From the NCBI GenBank assembly GCA_964016885.1, contig OZ024741.1, positions 171,616,001-171,680,000 of the forward strand: a stretch of DNA of 64,000 bases, written 5' to 3'. Position 1 is the stretch's first letter. Each line of letters opens with the position of its first letter. The notes under the pieces were generated by a model. That model ran no database searches, was not told the DNA's origin, and was given only the letters and a program-made list of their open reading frames with translations. This document shows positions 39,776 to 53,809 of the stretch, one piece after another. The stretch is from Eledone cirrhosa. Taxonomy: Eukaryota. Made by a program: the position numbers and the translations under genes.

Positions 39776-40006
39776 ATATATATCATATCAACACCAATTA
39801 TAAATCCGTTGGTGACAGTTGTTTATGTCCACTATAAACAAGACAACCTGCAGGTTAGTGGTTTGAGAAGCATTAACAACATATACCATAATTAGAATAA
39901 GGTATATGATAGTGTCAGAGAGGGGCTCTGGGTGTAGATAACCTTCAAGAAAAAAATCTCATCTAACTCATGCAAGCATGGAAAATAGGACATAGACGTT
40001 ATATAT

Positions 40007-40347
40007 ATCATCATCATCATCATCATTTTACGTCTGCTTTTCCCTGCTTGCAAGGGAGGGACAGGAACTGATTGTGGCTTGATTTCTACAGCTGGATGCC
40101 CTTCCTAACACAAACCTCATTTACAGTGAGTGCTGGGTGCTTTTTTGCCGTGGCGCCTCCACGACCACTTTGCAGTGGAATAATATAGACCCTAGTCCTA
40201 TCATCTCATTTCTACAGCTGAGTAAACTGGAGCAATGTGAAATAAAGTGTCTTGCTCAAGGAAACAACACATCACCCGGTCTGAGAATTGAACTCACAAC
40301 CTTTCGATTGCAAGGCCAATGCTCTAACCACTAAGCCATGCGCCTTC
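40007..40347 (-). mobile_element. SINE family B, full length
   Basis: Reverse complement of the reference copy. Confidence 0.9.
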
Positions 40348-40682
40348 ATCTATATATATATATATATATAACTTCATTATATATATAACTTCATTATATA
40401 CATATATTCATTATATATATATATAACTTCTATGTTCTATTTATAACTTCTATGTCCTACTTAATTGGTATTAACCTAATGTTCTATGATTGCAACTTGT
40501 TTTCAACCATACTAGTTTTGAATTGAGAATGTCTGCTCTCTGTAAACAGGATTATTCATGTGTGTGTGTGTGTTTCTATGTGTATGTATATATATAAAAA
40601 GGCTCTTAGGTGGAATTCTTAATTTGTAAAATTTAGTCTGAAAAGCTAAGTGCTGTAAGGATTCATATATATATATATATAT

Positions 40683-40993
<311 letters not shown>

Positions 40994-41037
40994 AGTAAAT
41001 ATATCTGAATATATAAACATGCATTTGTATTCATATA

Positions 41038-41107
<70 letters not shown>

Positions 41108-41849
41108 GTGTTACTTCATTTTATTCAGTAAACAAAGAAGTTGCAGCCAACATTTTAAGTATCAAATTATTTTATATAATCTAATAAATCAGTCTCTGAA
41201 ATGAGACACTCTTTACAATTAAGCATCAGACATACCTACAATGACCATCTTTCCAGTTGCTTAATTTGCTAGAAATAGCAACCAAATCTCTTTCACCATT
41301 ATCTCAGTGATTTTTCTTTGCTTTGTTTAAATATTTAAAGGCATATCTGATAGTGTAGATCTGCTTATGCTGTCCCTCTAAAATGGTTGGATGGTCATAA
41401 CAGGCATATCCTTGATCATACATTGGTCTGCTTGATAAGAACTGGATATACAACAGCATTAAGTCAAGCCAATAAAACCTTTTTCAGGGTCAGTAGATTT
41501 GGTAGAAATAAGATCTAAATCTTCAACTTCATCCCAATGTTTTAAAAAGGCTGAAGGGTACATTTGTTAATGTAGGTATACACTCTGTTTGAAAAACATA
41601 TTAGGGTGGTTATGGCTGTAATATCTTCGTCATAGGTTGGTTTGATCAGCATATGCCAATGAAGGTGTTTTACATTGTCACTTGACCTACTAGAAATAAC
41701 AGCCAAATCTTTTCTAAAATATTAAACGATATGCTAGATTTTGTAGAGCTTGTTACATTGTGTCTGAAAACAAGAAAAGACAATAATACAATCATGCCTT
41801 GAATATTTTTTATCACAGGGCTACTTAATCAAAGTCAACCAAAGGTTAA

Positions 41850-42067
41850 CCCTTTAGCGTTCACATTACTATATATACTATTATATTTTCATGGTAAAGG
41901 CTTTACCTTGCCTAATTATCTCACATAATATCGAATCTATGAGATTTTGAAAGTATTTATTTAGAGAACAATACCTTAACATTAGTTTGAGCAACCGGTT
42001 ACAGCCAGTTTCAACAGAGAAAGGTAGAGAATTATGGCTGGTTTTGGCCGGTTTGAACATTAAAGTG
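41850..42067. mobile_element. TTAA-flanked MITE (piggyBac/Kolobok-like); second copy at 50483..50694
   Basis: TTAA|CCCTTTAG...TAAAGTG|TTAA; internal sequence collinear with the 50.5 kb copy. Confidence 0.8.
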
Positions 42068-42443
42068 TTAAACAACAACACAAAATTAGATTACATAAGC
42101 TAATTTAGGAGCCACTACATGGTCAGTGGACCTTCTAGAAATAGCTGGCAAGCTAAATCTCCCTCAAGTCATACGTTGAAAATAAAACATAAGCATATAT
42201 AGACTGCATTTAAAGAAAGACAGAATGGTCATAAGAGACAATCACACTTGGAATGTCTTTGAACATAGATCAATGTGATTGATGCTGACCAGGGGTTAAA
42301 TAACAAGAATAACAACACACTTCAATATTAAGCAATTGAGTGATCTTCTATATATTTCTTTAAGCTGCTAGAAACAACAACCAAATTTCCCTCAAATACC
42401 ATTCTAAAGGAATGAAGTCATAATAGATAATATTATCCTAGAT

Positions 42444-42787
42444 CAGGGGTCCCTAACCTTTTGAGTCTGCGGGCCGGATAGCCATGCAGCGGTGGCTCCG
42501 TGGGCCAGATGCGCAATTAATACTACTTATATACAAATAATTAATCATTTATTTATCCCTTATGTTAGATTTGAAACAAAATTCAATATTGATACTTAGA
42601 GCTGTCCCAAGCAGAAAAATACATTTAAACATTGTTTTATTCGGCAATATCGATAGATCATATGCAAATTTATTGCAAACTGTACCCTTTTTAGAACCCT
42701 TGCGGGCAGGATAAATGCCTTCGTGGGCTAGATTGAAACTCTTCGCAGGCTGTATGTGGCTGACGGGCCGGGGGTTGGGAACCCCTG
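42444..42787. mobile_element. hAT (Charlie-like) MITE
   Basis: TIRs CAGGGGTCCCTAACC / GGTTGGGAACCCCTG; perfect TSD TCCTAGAT. Confidence 0.92.
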
Positions 42788-43740
42788 TCCTAGATACTGT
42801 CTAAAAAAAAAGAAACTGTGGATGGTGAAGGATGAAACATTTTTGATCACTATGTCCTTAGTTTTTAAGAGAGCAGTGAAAAAGAGAGATATGACTACTA
42901 TTGTCAGCAGTTTGATCAACCATGTGGATCAAGCCTAGTTCAATTTAGACGGTTGCTATTCTTGTTTAGCTCCATGTCAGCAATGAATGAACAGAACTAT
43001 GATAAGAAAAGTTCCATCCCATTTTATTTTAAGACAATGTGCATCTTAGTCTAGATTGTCCAATGTATCAAGTGACTAGTTCTTGTTGATCATGATCATG
43101 ACAAAAACCAAGAGACTATATTGACAATGGTGAAAAGAATATATAAAGAAAGCAGCAGCAGCAGCAGCAGCAACGATGGTAGTAGTTATGTTCGTTGTTG
43201 TGGTAGTGGTGGTGGTGGTGGTGGTGGTGGTGGTGGTGATGATGATTCTTGACATTAAAAGTTTGTTGATCTAAGTGGAAAAGTAAAAAAGTCTGGTACT
43301 GAAATTACAGAGACAGAGATGGACATAGACAGAAAGAGAGAGACAGTGTGAGAGAGGGTGAGGGATAGGTAGTGAGTGAGAGGCAGACAGAGACAGATAT
43401 TTGATTATATAACCTCCTACAATTGTTTAGATGAACAGAGATTGTCATGTAATCTTATAAACCAACTGAACAATAACAGAGTAATCATAGAGTAAAGCTG
43501 GCTGAGTGGGGAAAGTATTAGACTGCATTGATTATAAATCATAGCTTCATTTCTACCTGTAGGTATATCATTGTTATTCAGGGACAAGACCTTGCCCTCC
43601 TCTTCATTTTCTATTTTTAAATATCTGTAGTGTTGTTATTTGAAATAGATTTGTTTATGATTTCTTTGACTATTATTAATAAAACTATATGGCACCACTA
43701 TATGGCATAAACAATGACTCGTTGAATATATATTTAACAT

Positions 43741-44120
43741 GGAGGCACATGGCTTAGTGGTTAGAGCATGGCCTTGCAATCGAAAGGTTGTGAGTTCAAT
43801 TCTCAGACCGGGTGATGTGTTGTGATGAATATTTCACATTGCTCCAGTTCACTCAGCTGTAGAAATGAGATGATAGGGACTGGGGTCCCTATCATTCCAC
43901 TGCAAAGTGGTCGTGGAGGTGCCACAACAAAAAAGCACCCAGCCCACACTGCAAAGTGGACGTGTAGACGCCATGGAAAGAAAAAAGCACCCAGCACTCA
44001 CTGTAATTATGTTGGTGTTAGGAAGGGCATCCAGCTGTAGAATTCAAGCCAGAATCAGTTCCTGTCCCACCCTTGCAAGCAGGGAAAAGCGGACGTAAAA
44101 TGATAATGAAAAATGATGAT
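43741..44120 (+). mobile_element. SINE family B with a duplicated ~46 bp module
   Basis: Head and tail as reference; two AAAAAAGCACCCAGC.CACTG modules. Confidence 0.9.
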
Positions 44121-44254
44121 TGTATCAGTCTACCTGGATGTCAGTTGAACTGAAGTCTAGTGGTTGTTCTTTCAATACTACTGTCAATATGTCATTGTGA
44201 TTCTAGTGTAAAATCCTATATTTTACATTATCACAGTTTAACAGTGATTGTGGG

Positions 44255-44428
44255 TAGTGTGGATTTAGACTTGGTGAGGCCTTACATTATATAAATATAT
44301 AAATATTTGAGGCCCCTGAGTTTTCACAAAAATTGAAAACAAATAGTCCTTTTAATTTTTTTAAAGCCCCTATAGATTAAGTGACACAAAGCTGTAGGAT
44401 GCTTTGCTTATGCTTAAATGCAGGACTG
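44255..44428. mobile_element. Probable old hAT-type MITE
   Basis: Degenerate TIRs (TAGTGTGGATTTAG / CTTAAATGCAGGACTG); 8-bp flanks ATTGTGGG/GTTGTGGG. Confidence 0.45.
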
Positions 44429-44870
44429 GTTGTGGGTCCCATTTTAACTAGGTATAATTTTGTTTTTTTCTAAGATTTAGTACTATATTTTACATATTTT
44501 GAGTGGCTGTCAGATGAACTGAAAAATTTTAGGCTGTTAGTTCAGTTTTGCTATAGGTATATATATAGTAATAATAATAAATTTGAAGACTAAAATCCAA
44601 AGAGGGCTCGATAAGGATAAATATATATCAAATATATAAGAACCGTAGGGCAAATATTTTAATAAATATATATATATATATATATAAGTTAAAACAATGA
44701 AATAAAAAATCAAATCATTAGAGATATACTTCACTGCTTTACGATCGTTTCTCGGTGATGATAATACATCGTAACTATACTTCATTATCAATCTATGTAA
44801 GGTTAGTTACAAACTATCAGATAAGGAGAATATTTACTTACATGCATATCGCCAGCTGTTGTCATATGTG

Positions 44871-44901
<31 letters not shown>

Positions 44902-44902
44902 G

Positions 44903-44949
<47 letters not shown>

Positions 44950-45024
44950 ATATGTATATATGTATATATATGTATATATATGTATATATATGTATATATA
45001 TGTATATATGTATATGTATATATG

Positions 45025-45070
<46 letters not shown>

Positions 45071-45123
45071 GATATATATACATATATATATATATATACC
45101 CATTATCAAGGGAGTAACCTTAT

Positions 45124-45800
45124 AATCGATCAGATAGACTTGTTTGTATGGGAAATGAAATGAAAACACATTAAAATTTCGAACGTGCGCATTGTGAAAT
45201 ATATGATATATGTAAGATATATGCATGTGTGTATGTGAATGTTTGTATGCGTGTGCATGAATATAAGTTTATGTAGTGAAAGATATGTGCGAATATGTAT
45301 ATAATAAAACGGGAAAATATGTGTGTGATATATGTATGTGTGTTTGCCTAGTAAGGATGTAGATTTAATTTGAAAGAAAGAATGAAACTGGCCATCAGGA
45401 TGTTAGAATCCAGGCTTTTAAATTAGCCATTCTGGTGCATTTCTTTCCATTCGATTATTGATCCTAGATTTTAATTGCTTGATTAAGAGGGTTTCCTTAA
45501 TTCTCAGCATGCCTATACTGCATTCAGTAGCTAAGATTGTGTTGGTAATGTTGTCACAGTTCCCACATTTGATGATGTGTTTGTGGAAGGAAGGCTCACA
45601 CATATATTTTTCCCTGTTTTATTATATACATATTCGCACTCATCCTTCACTACTTATATTCATGCACACGCATACAAACATTCATGCACACACATGCATA
45701 TATCTTACATATATCATACATCGCACGTTTGAAATTTTAACATGTTTTCATTTCATTTCACTTAAATCTGCTACCATACAAACAAGTCAAACCGATCGAT
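45124..45800 (-). mobile_element. Penelope-like 3' remnant (GIY-YIG C-terminus) between inverted pLTR arms
   Basis: ORF 45418..45603 ...LRIKETLLIKQLKSRINN; ~200 bp inverted arms at 45124..45326 and 45597..45800. Confidence 0.75.
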
Positions 45801-45960
45801 TTTTAAGTCTCTTAAGGGTTACTTGAAAATATTTGGGATCATTAAATTTGCTAAGGTAAGATTCTTTTGCTATTTTGGCAATTTAACATTCTCCATACGC
45901 ATTGTGTTGGTCTTCAAAATTTAAATTTGTGTTTCCTATTAAACAATGCTTCAAGCAAGC

Positions 45961-46027
<67 letters not shown>

Positions 46028-46182
46028 TTAAGGATACTATTTATGGTTATGTATATACTAAAACCTTTTATAGTTATATATATTTTAACCCCTAAACAGT
46101 GAAAGACAGTAATTTATTACTACCTTATTACCAGTAAGATAAATAGCTCAATGTAATAACATCAGTTGTTCTACAGTTGTTC

Positions 46183-46936
46183 TATATAGAAATTACATGA
46201 ATCAAAGTTCTGTTCAAACCATTTATTAGCTTATGATTGTTTCTTCCAAACCTAGGTTTGGAGGTCTTTGGAGCAATTTTTCAATGATTGTTTACATACA
46301 TGACCTCCTTTCCAACACAAGAGACATACAGAAACATATGTATATATCGATGCACAGTGGGTTGACATCCATTATAATATTTTAGCATGGCAATTTACAT
46401 TCAAAGATTAAAGTCATATTAAAATAAAATTAAAATTAAATTAAAGTTAAAATACAACATTGGCAGTTTACGAAGATAATGCAAGAGGATAGTTTGAAGT
46501 AGTTAGTGTATGCAATAGTTACACGTGAGGTGTTATATATAACACCTTACCGCACTATAATCTTATATAAATAAGACACACGTGCATGCCCCACGTGTAA
46601 CTATTGCATACACTAACTACTTCAAACTATCCTCTTACATTATCTTCGTAAACTCCCGATGTTGTATTTTAACTTTAATTTTGTTTTAATTTTCTTTTAA
46701 TATGACTTTAATCTTTGAATGTAAATTGCCATGCTAACATATTATAATGGATGTCAACCCACTGTGCATCGATATATACATATGTTTCTGTATGTCTCTT
46801 GTGTTGGAAAGGAGGTCATGTATGTAAACAATCATTGAAAAATTGCTCCAAAGACTCCAAACCTCGGTTTGGAAGAAACAATTGTAAGCTAATAAATGGT
46901 TTGAACAGAACTTTGATTCATGTAATTTCTATATAT
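46183..46936. repeat. Large inverted repeat, ~345 bp arms with ~64 bp spacer
   Basis: 46183..46527 is the near-exact reverse complement of 46592..46936; the spacer has its own small hairpin (aggtgttatatataacacct). Confidence 0.95.
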
Positions 46937-47088
46937 ATATATATATATCAATGATATTAATAAATGGAAACTATATTTATAAAACCATATTTATTTTATT
47001 ATATATATTTCAAAGGTACCAAAATTTTGAACCTGAACTGATAAGGTCTGGTTTCTTGGATATGTCAGCATTTATAAAGCAAATTTTG

Positions 47089-47149
47089 TATTTTATCTGA
47101 TGAGAGTGTACCAAAATGTTGGTACCCTTGAAATATATATAATAAAATA
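47089..47149 (+). ncRNA. Type-I hammerhead in fold-back element ~46945..47260
   Basis: TATTTTAT-CTGATGA-GAG.T.GTACCAA/TTGGTAC.C.CTT-GAAA-TATATA-TA-ATAAAATA; the inverted partial copy 46945..47028 breaks in loop II. Confidence 0.9.
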
Positions 47150-47258
47150 AATATGTTTTTATAAATATAGTTTCCATTTAATTAATATCATTGATATTAT
47201 ACTCCAGAAAACTGTAGAGTTCTTCGAATCTGTTATAAATAAATTAAATATCTATTTG

Positions 47259-47294
<36 letters not shown>

Positions 47295-48222
47295 CAAAAG
47301 TCACTAGCACTCTATCGCAAAATTATTTTTGAAAAGCTTAAGAAATGCACAACCGGTAAAAACTTAAAACTAAAACTGAATACTAATTAATACTTATTCC
47401 TAATTAAACTATTTTTCACTGGGAAAAATATGTCAGCATTTTCTTTTCCTTTTTACTAATATATATATATACATACACCCATACACACACACACACATGT
47501 ATATATATTTACTGTTTAGTCACGGAGGGAAGAGCAGGGGTTATGACATTTTCTGAACTTCCAAGCATAGTACCAAGAAGGGAAGATGATATCCTCAAAT
47601 TGGAGATCTGCCTCAAATGCTTGCAACTGAGTAGAGTCCACTAAATTTACCCAAAGGCTACATGATGTTAAACTAAATAATGCATTAAGTCTCCCATTCA
47701 AGTAGGCTTCAGCAAGATTTGAACAGCATGCAAAGAACCAGAATAAATACTGAAAGGCTGTCATAACACTTCCATTAATCCATTAATCCATCACCCTGTG
47801 CTAGAACTTTATTTTATTGACCCCAAATAAATGAAAGCCAAAGTTGACCGAAATGAAATTTGAACTTAGAGAATGATAACCCATCCAGCCCTTGCTAGTA
47901 TAGGATGCTGACATAAAATGATGATGTTGTTGATGATGATGTTGATGATGATGATGATGATGAGCTTTTTATTCTTTGATAGAAATCAGCTGCCTCTTTA
48001 TAAGAATGCAAATAATTAAAAAAGAAGAAAAGATAATAGATGAATATGTTATATACATATTCCACTATATTTATAGAATGTAAAAGTCAATGTATATGGA
48101 CATCTTAGATCAATGCACACACATATACACACATACACACACACACGCATACGCACATACACACACTCACATGCACACACATACATACCCCCCCACACAT
48201 ACACACACAGAGTCAAACACTC

Positions 48223-48253
<31 letters not shown>

Positions 48254-49177
48254 CAAGCACTCACATACATACACACAGACACAGAAACAGACACATGCAC
48301 TCACAAACACATACACACACAGTCAAACACTCACATACACACATACACACACACACACAAGCACTCACATACATACATACATACACACAGACACAGAAAC
48401 AGACACATACACAAATGCACTCACAAACACATACACACACAGGCACTCACACACATACACACACACATGTATATACACATCATACAAACAATTTATTTCA
48501 TACTCATATGTAATAAAAGTCAATGTAGATATAAATAGAAACATTGTAGATCAATAAACATGCAATTATTTCTAGAGTTTTTAATCAATTATTGGACTAT
48601 TATTGTATTGAAATAAAATATGGAATACTGGTTAAGTATGTGTGGTCAGGATGGTAGTGGTGCTGGTAATTACTAAGGTGGTAGTAGTGGTGTTGATGGT
48701 AGTCGTGGTTGTGAAAATTATAGTACATGTGGTTCTCTTGATAGTATGGGATATCGGAGGTGACACTGGTGAAGCTATTGGTAGTCCTTTTAGTAGAGGA
48801 GGGGGCTGTGTTAGCAATGGTGGTGTTGGTGATAGTGGTGCTGGTGATAGTGGTGATGGGTTTCATCATGGTGGTGGTAATTGCCAAGCTGGTAGCTGGT
48901 AGTAATGATGTTGATGGTAGTTGTGGTAGTGAAGATTATAGTAAAGGTGGTACTCTTGATAGTATAGGGTGATGAAGATGAAATGGGCTGTGTTAGTAAT
49001 GGTGGTGTTGGTGATACTAGTGCTTGTGGCAGTGGTGATGGGTTTTATCATGGTGTTGGTATTGGTGGTATTGGTGGTAGAGATGTTGGTTGTGTTGTTG
49101 TTTAGCCCCAGGTCAACTCTGATCAAGCTTTACTATGATGAAAGGCTTTCATCCATGACCATCCATCCTTTGCATCC

Positions 49178-49501
49178 AGGGTAAAAGGTAAAGACCCCCT
49201 TCAGTCATGAATGACGATGGGATTTGCACTCTGAGGCACAAGTCCAGGCAAGGTTGTTTGTAGAAGACCAGCAGTCGCTCATGCATACCAGTCTCCCCTC
49301 TCCATGCTACCGATGTTGTCCAAGGGACAGGCAACACCCAATAAAGCTTAGCACCAGTGACGTCACAACTCGTTTCTACAGCTGAGTAAACTGGAGCAAC
49401 ATGAAATAAAGTGTCTTGCTTAAGGACACAATGCATCACCTGGTCCAGGAATCGAACTCACCACCTCACGATTGCAAGCCCAATGCTCTAACCACTAAGC
49501 C
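49178..49501 (-). mobile_element. SINE family C: head and core as family B, different body, TTTACC-type tail
   Basis: Shares ...ttctacagctgagtaaactggagcaa...ctctaaccactaagcc; ends TCTTTACCTTTTACC on the minus strand. Confidence 0.8.
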
Positions 49502-49879
49502 TTTACACATCTAAGATCACATCTATTCAGACAATATGTGATTTCATGTCAACACCTCACTGGCAGGTTCTTTATATGCTTGTTCTCAATTGTAATATGA
49601 TGATGGTGGTGGTGGTGGTGGTGTGAGGTGTAGGAGACAGAGGTGGAGGTGAGGTGAAACAACAGTACCAACCATCATCATCAAAAGTAACTATATCATA
49701 ATCTATCAACATCATCATAAATCGACATAATGCATCATTATCAAGATCATCATTATCATTGTCATGATCATCTTCATCATCATCATCATCACCATCACTG
49801 TTGCCAATATCATCATCATTATCAATATTATTTGATGAAAGGAAAGTTAACCTCGATGGGATACATCCCACTGTGTTAA

Positions 49880-50182
49880 TAAATCCCACCCTGGTTAACT
49901 TTACTTTTCATCTTTACCGGGTCAATAAAATTAGGCACCAGTAATAAACTGAGGTAATTGCTGACCTTGTGCCAAAAGTAGAAACAATTATTTGATAGGT
50001 GGATTGGCAGTATCGGTAGAGGATTGGATGCTATGCTTTGCAGCTGAGTTACGGCCCTTTACAGTCTGAGTTCAAGTCCTGCTGAGGTTAACTTTGCCGA
50101 CATCCTTACGGGGTCGATAAAATAAAGCACCAGTAATGTACTGGGATAATTGCTGGCCTTGTGCCAAAAGTAGAAACAATTA
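49880..50182 (+). mobile_element. Two tandem SINE family A copies (partial then full)
   Basis: Core and tail occur twice; A/B boxes in the second copy. Confidence 0.85.
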
Positions 50183-50274
50183 TCAATATTATGATAATGA
50201 TAAAAATAAAGGTAGTACTAGTTGTTTTTAGTCCCAGGTGAGGTCTGATTGAATAAACCTAGTGATGGTGGTCC

Positions 50275-50775
50275 TACTTTGGGTCAAGTTGCTAGGAGTA
50301 ATTTTAATAGTGATAGCAGAAATCACCTATGGTATGAATTCTCTGTGTCAATACTGAGAACTATATTTAATTTGTTCTATGCCTAGAAGGAAAGTTGGCT
50401 GGTAAGAGAAGCAGAAGTTGGCAGCCAAAACGATGGCTTGATAATGTCAACTTATGGACTGGACTTGACCGTTGCTCTTTAACCCTTTAGAATTCACATT
50501 ACTCTACATATGCTATTGTATTTTCATGGTAAAGGCTTTATCTCACATAATTATTTCACATAATATTGAATCTGAGATTTTGATATTATTTATTTTGAGA
50601 ACAATACCTGAATGCCAATAAGAGTTATGGCAGGTTTAAACAGAAAGAGGTGAGATAATTCTGGCCAGATGTGGCTGGTTTAAATGCTAAAGGGTTAAAC
50701 TGTGCTGTTGGTGATCAAACATTGTGGAGAAAGATATATCATGTTGAGGCGCAGTCTGCAACTAGCGGAGTTTAG
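50275..50775 (+). mobile_element. Old RTE-like 3' fragment interrupted by a TTAA MITE (50483..50694)
   Basis: EGKLAGKRSRSWQPKRWLDNV..WTGL joins across TTAA to ...GDQTLWRK; MITE TIRs CCCTTTAG/CTAAAGGG. Confidence 0.7.
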
Positions 50776-51475
50776 CTTCTGGAGGATGCCATACCTAGTA
50801 CAGAAACCCCACACTCTTTCTGTCTCTGTCTCTATTTTTATGCTGTCACTCCAATGAAGATGCATGGTTTAGAGTTTAGGGTATTCCACTCACAATTGTT
50901 AGACTGAGTTCAATTCCTTGTGACATGTTGTGTCATTGAGCAAGACAGTGCATTTCATGTTGCTCCAGTTCATGCAGCTGGCACAGTGTCAAGCTGAATC
51001 TCCCTGAGAATCATGCTAAGTGTGCATGTGTCTGTAAAATACTCAGCAACATGCATGTATATTATGATCATTTATGCATTCTTTTTTATGTTGCCATGGG
51101 CAGGACAGATCATCATAGACTAAGTCATTAATTAATCAAAGCTACTGTACTCTTAGAGAAGCCAGGGACTGCCTTGCTTAATATGTTTTAATTTTTGCAT
51201 GGGTTGTATGGGTGTGTGATCTTTCTAATACCAACCACTTTACAGAATGTACTTGGTTCATTTTATCGTGACTACCAGTGGAAGAGATGTTATTGAGTTC
51301 TTGAATTAACTGATAATTTTTTTCAAACTTATGCTATTAGTGTTCAAAGGCCAACCACTATGGAGTATACTAAATGTATCATGTAAATTACTTTGTCAAA
51401 GAACAAACGTGATTATGTGATTCCGATTGATAATAAAAGGTAAAGTCTTAATTACACCAAACAGATATGTATATG

Positions 51476-51514
<39 letters not shown>

Positions 51515-51794
51515 CTGTGTAGTAAAAGACTGATAATTTTTTTATAGAAGCCAGTACAATGTGGTAGAAAAATACGAAGGACAAATGATGACAAATATAA
51601 CAAAACAAAACAAAGTAATGTTTTACCCAATGTATTTTAGCATGGCATTTCAGTTACCAAGCTGAAACAGTCCAAGACAAAACAAATGGGCAATCAGAGC
51701 TTTCTTTTCTCACTGGTTTATGTGTTTGAAAAATGCATTCACATGTGTGGGGTTCATACAGTAACCATTCTGCCTCGTGCATTTATGACCAATT

Positions 51795-52260
51795 ATTTAT
51801 CCCTGGTTTTATTCGACTGATGAAAACAGCTTCCTTAATCCTTAACTTTCCATATTCCTTTCAGTCAGCTCTATGCTGAGCTCAATGTTTGGTTGCAGCA
51901 TCTGTCAAGATGTTTTTAACAGAAGAGACACTCATTGTCACATGTTCCTTGATCTGTATGCGTAACCTCTTTATGGTTAACCAATATGAGGAGATATATT
52001 TATTGATCGTATAAACAACATATGCTCTCGTGTATACGTCAGCATTGTTGATGCGATAGTTAAGTAGTGTGCATATATTGCTGCATGTTGGTTGGTGTAT
52101 GTGGAGCAGTCTCCTCAGTGAGTGTCCCGGGTATGCCAACCATATATTCAATCACCCCCTTGGATAGCTTATCTGATGGCAGCTGTCATCTTTTTATTGA
52201 AATGTAGCAGCTTTGGGTAGCATATGTTATCCTTAGGGGCACACATTCACCTTCTTTTAC
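51795..52260 (-). pseudogene. Degraded Penelope-like GIY-YIG endonuclease region
   Basis: VVYTI...TIKRLRIQIKEH, then LRIKEAVFISRIKPGINN in a shifted frame. Confidence 0.7.
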
Positions 52261-52289
52261 ATGTTGCTGCATTGGGATTTTGGTGTTAC

Positions 52290-52692
52290 ATCATCATCAT
52301 CATCATCATAAACGTTTTACGTCCGTTCATCCACGCTAGCATAGGTTAAAAGGGTTGTCCTGCTGTGGACAGTGGTTGGTCGGCTGACCTTGTCTTGCTC
52401 ATACGGGAACTGATTCTGGCTTGATTTCTACAGCTGGATGCCCTTCCTAACACCAACCTCATTTACAGTGAGTGCTGGGTGCTTTTTTTTCCATGGCGCC
52501 TACACGTCCACTTTACAGTGTGGGCTGGGTGCTTTTTTGCCATGGCACCTCCACGACCACTTTGCAGTGGAATGATAGGGACTCCAGTCCTCTCATCTCA
52601 TTTCTGCAGCTGAGTAAACTGGAGCAATGTGAAATAAAGTGTCTTGCTCAAGGAAACAACACATCACACAGTCCGAGAATTGAACTCACAAC
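52290..52692 (-). mobile_element. SINE family B variant with the long tail of the 18.0-18.3 kb RTE 3' UTR
   Basis: Core as family B; tail ...GCTAGCGTGGATGAACGGACGTAAAACG. Confidence 0.85.
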
Positions 52693-52732
52693 CTATATAT
52701 ACATAATTATACATACACACCCACACATATGC

Positions 52733-52763
<31 letters not shown>

Positions 52764-52881
52764 AATCTCCTGTCAATTCATACACACACAAACAAATATA
52801 TATATATATATATGTGTGTAGGAAAAGAGTCAAGACCCCAACGGCTGAGCTCCGGCCATTTCGACAGCTAGATCCAAACTG

Positions 52882-52922
<41 letters not shown>

Positions 52923-52929
52923 GAATCGG

Positions 52930-53385
52930 GTCGTTTGTTTATAATGAATTGAACATTGTTATTAATGTTCGATATAACCCATACATACATATGCATATGT
53001 ATATGTGTGTGCATGTATATATGTATATATGTGTGTGTATGTATATATATATATATATGTGTGTGTGTACGCGTGCATATTTACATTTATGTATCAGCTG
53101 TGCTAGGGCAAGAAATAAAATTCTAATTTCCTTTTTAATTTTGGCAAGGCCAGCGGTAACTCGCTCGGTATGCAAATGACGCTACTCAGCCGATGTGTAC
53201 TTAAGAAATATTATATATTTTCAACCATTCAAGAGACTGATGATGGGTAATAACCCAGAAACATGTTGATTGTTCCTGAAAGCCAGTGTTGAACAAACAG
53301 GTGACGATTTGGTTTGTTTACAAACAAACCAAACATTATCATTAATGTTCGATATAACCCATACATTCATATGTATATGTATATA
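52930..53385 (+). mobile_element. 380-bp promoter-hammerhead unit with terminal direct repeat
   Basis: attaatgttcgatataacccatacat at 52961 and 53341; ATGCAAAT 53170, TCAGCC 53186, TATATA 53212, hammerhead core 53237..53267; homologous to 12385..12660. Confidence 0.75.
53228..53280 (+). ncRNA. Hammerhead with intact core and weak stem I
   Basis: CTGATGA-TGGGT.AATA.ACCCA-GAAA-CATG-TT; perfect stem II, palindromic stem III. Confidence 0.72.
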
Positions 53386-53572
53386 TATATGTGTGTATGT
53401 GTATATATATATACATTGTTATGCTTTGGGAGGGTCATGTTGCCAATAAGAAACACACGCACCAGTTGTATCACTCTAATTTATTATAAATTAAATTTAT
53501 AAATTTAAGAATTTATAAATTTCCAGTTGGTTGGTTGGTTCCACAAAACAACTGGACGGTTGTTCATATATT

Positions 53573-53615
53573 GTCAAAGTTCTTTCGACACACATTCTGT
53601 GACCTCTTCAGTGAC
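53573..53615 (-). ncRNA. Minimal type-I hammerhead (inverted pLTR; one stem II mismatch)
   Basis: Reverse complement homolog of 55331..55373. Confidence 0.78.
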
Positions 53616-53809
53616 TGGGGATTTTTTTCTTTGTTTTTGTACCTCTCCTTTGTTCTGTCCTACGCCATCTTATTTTTGTGTGTTGTGTGCTTAGTTTGCG
53701 CATGTGTTACATCTGGGTGTCTGTGTGTGTTTATATTTGTTTATTTATTTGTTTATTTTCATGTTACTGGTTGGTTGTTTGTTCTATGTTTGTTCTATGC
53801 GGTGGGGGC

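Noticed and set aside
48600-49100. Thr-rich or Gly/Val-rich ORFs with an internal duplication (similar low-complexity ORFs at 63483..63899)
   Set aside because: Degenerate (GGT/GAT)n low-complexity DNA with a local tandem duplication; no splice or homology support.
51817-51830. CTGATGAAAAC motif
   Set aside because: No stem II between CTGATGA and a GAAA; it lies antisense within a Penelope coding remnant.
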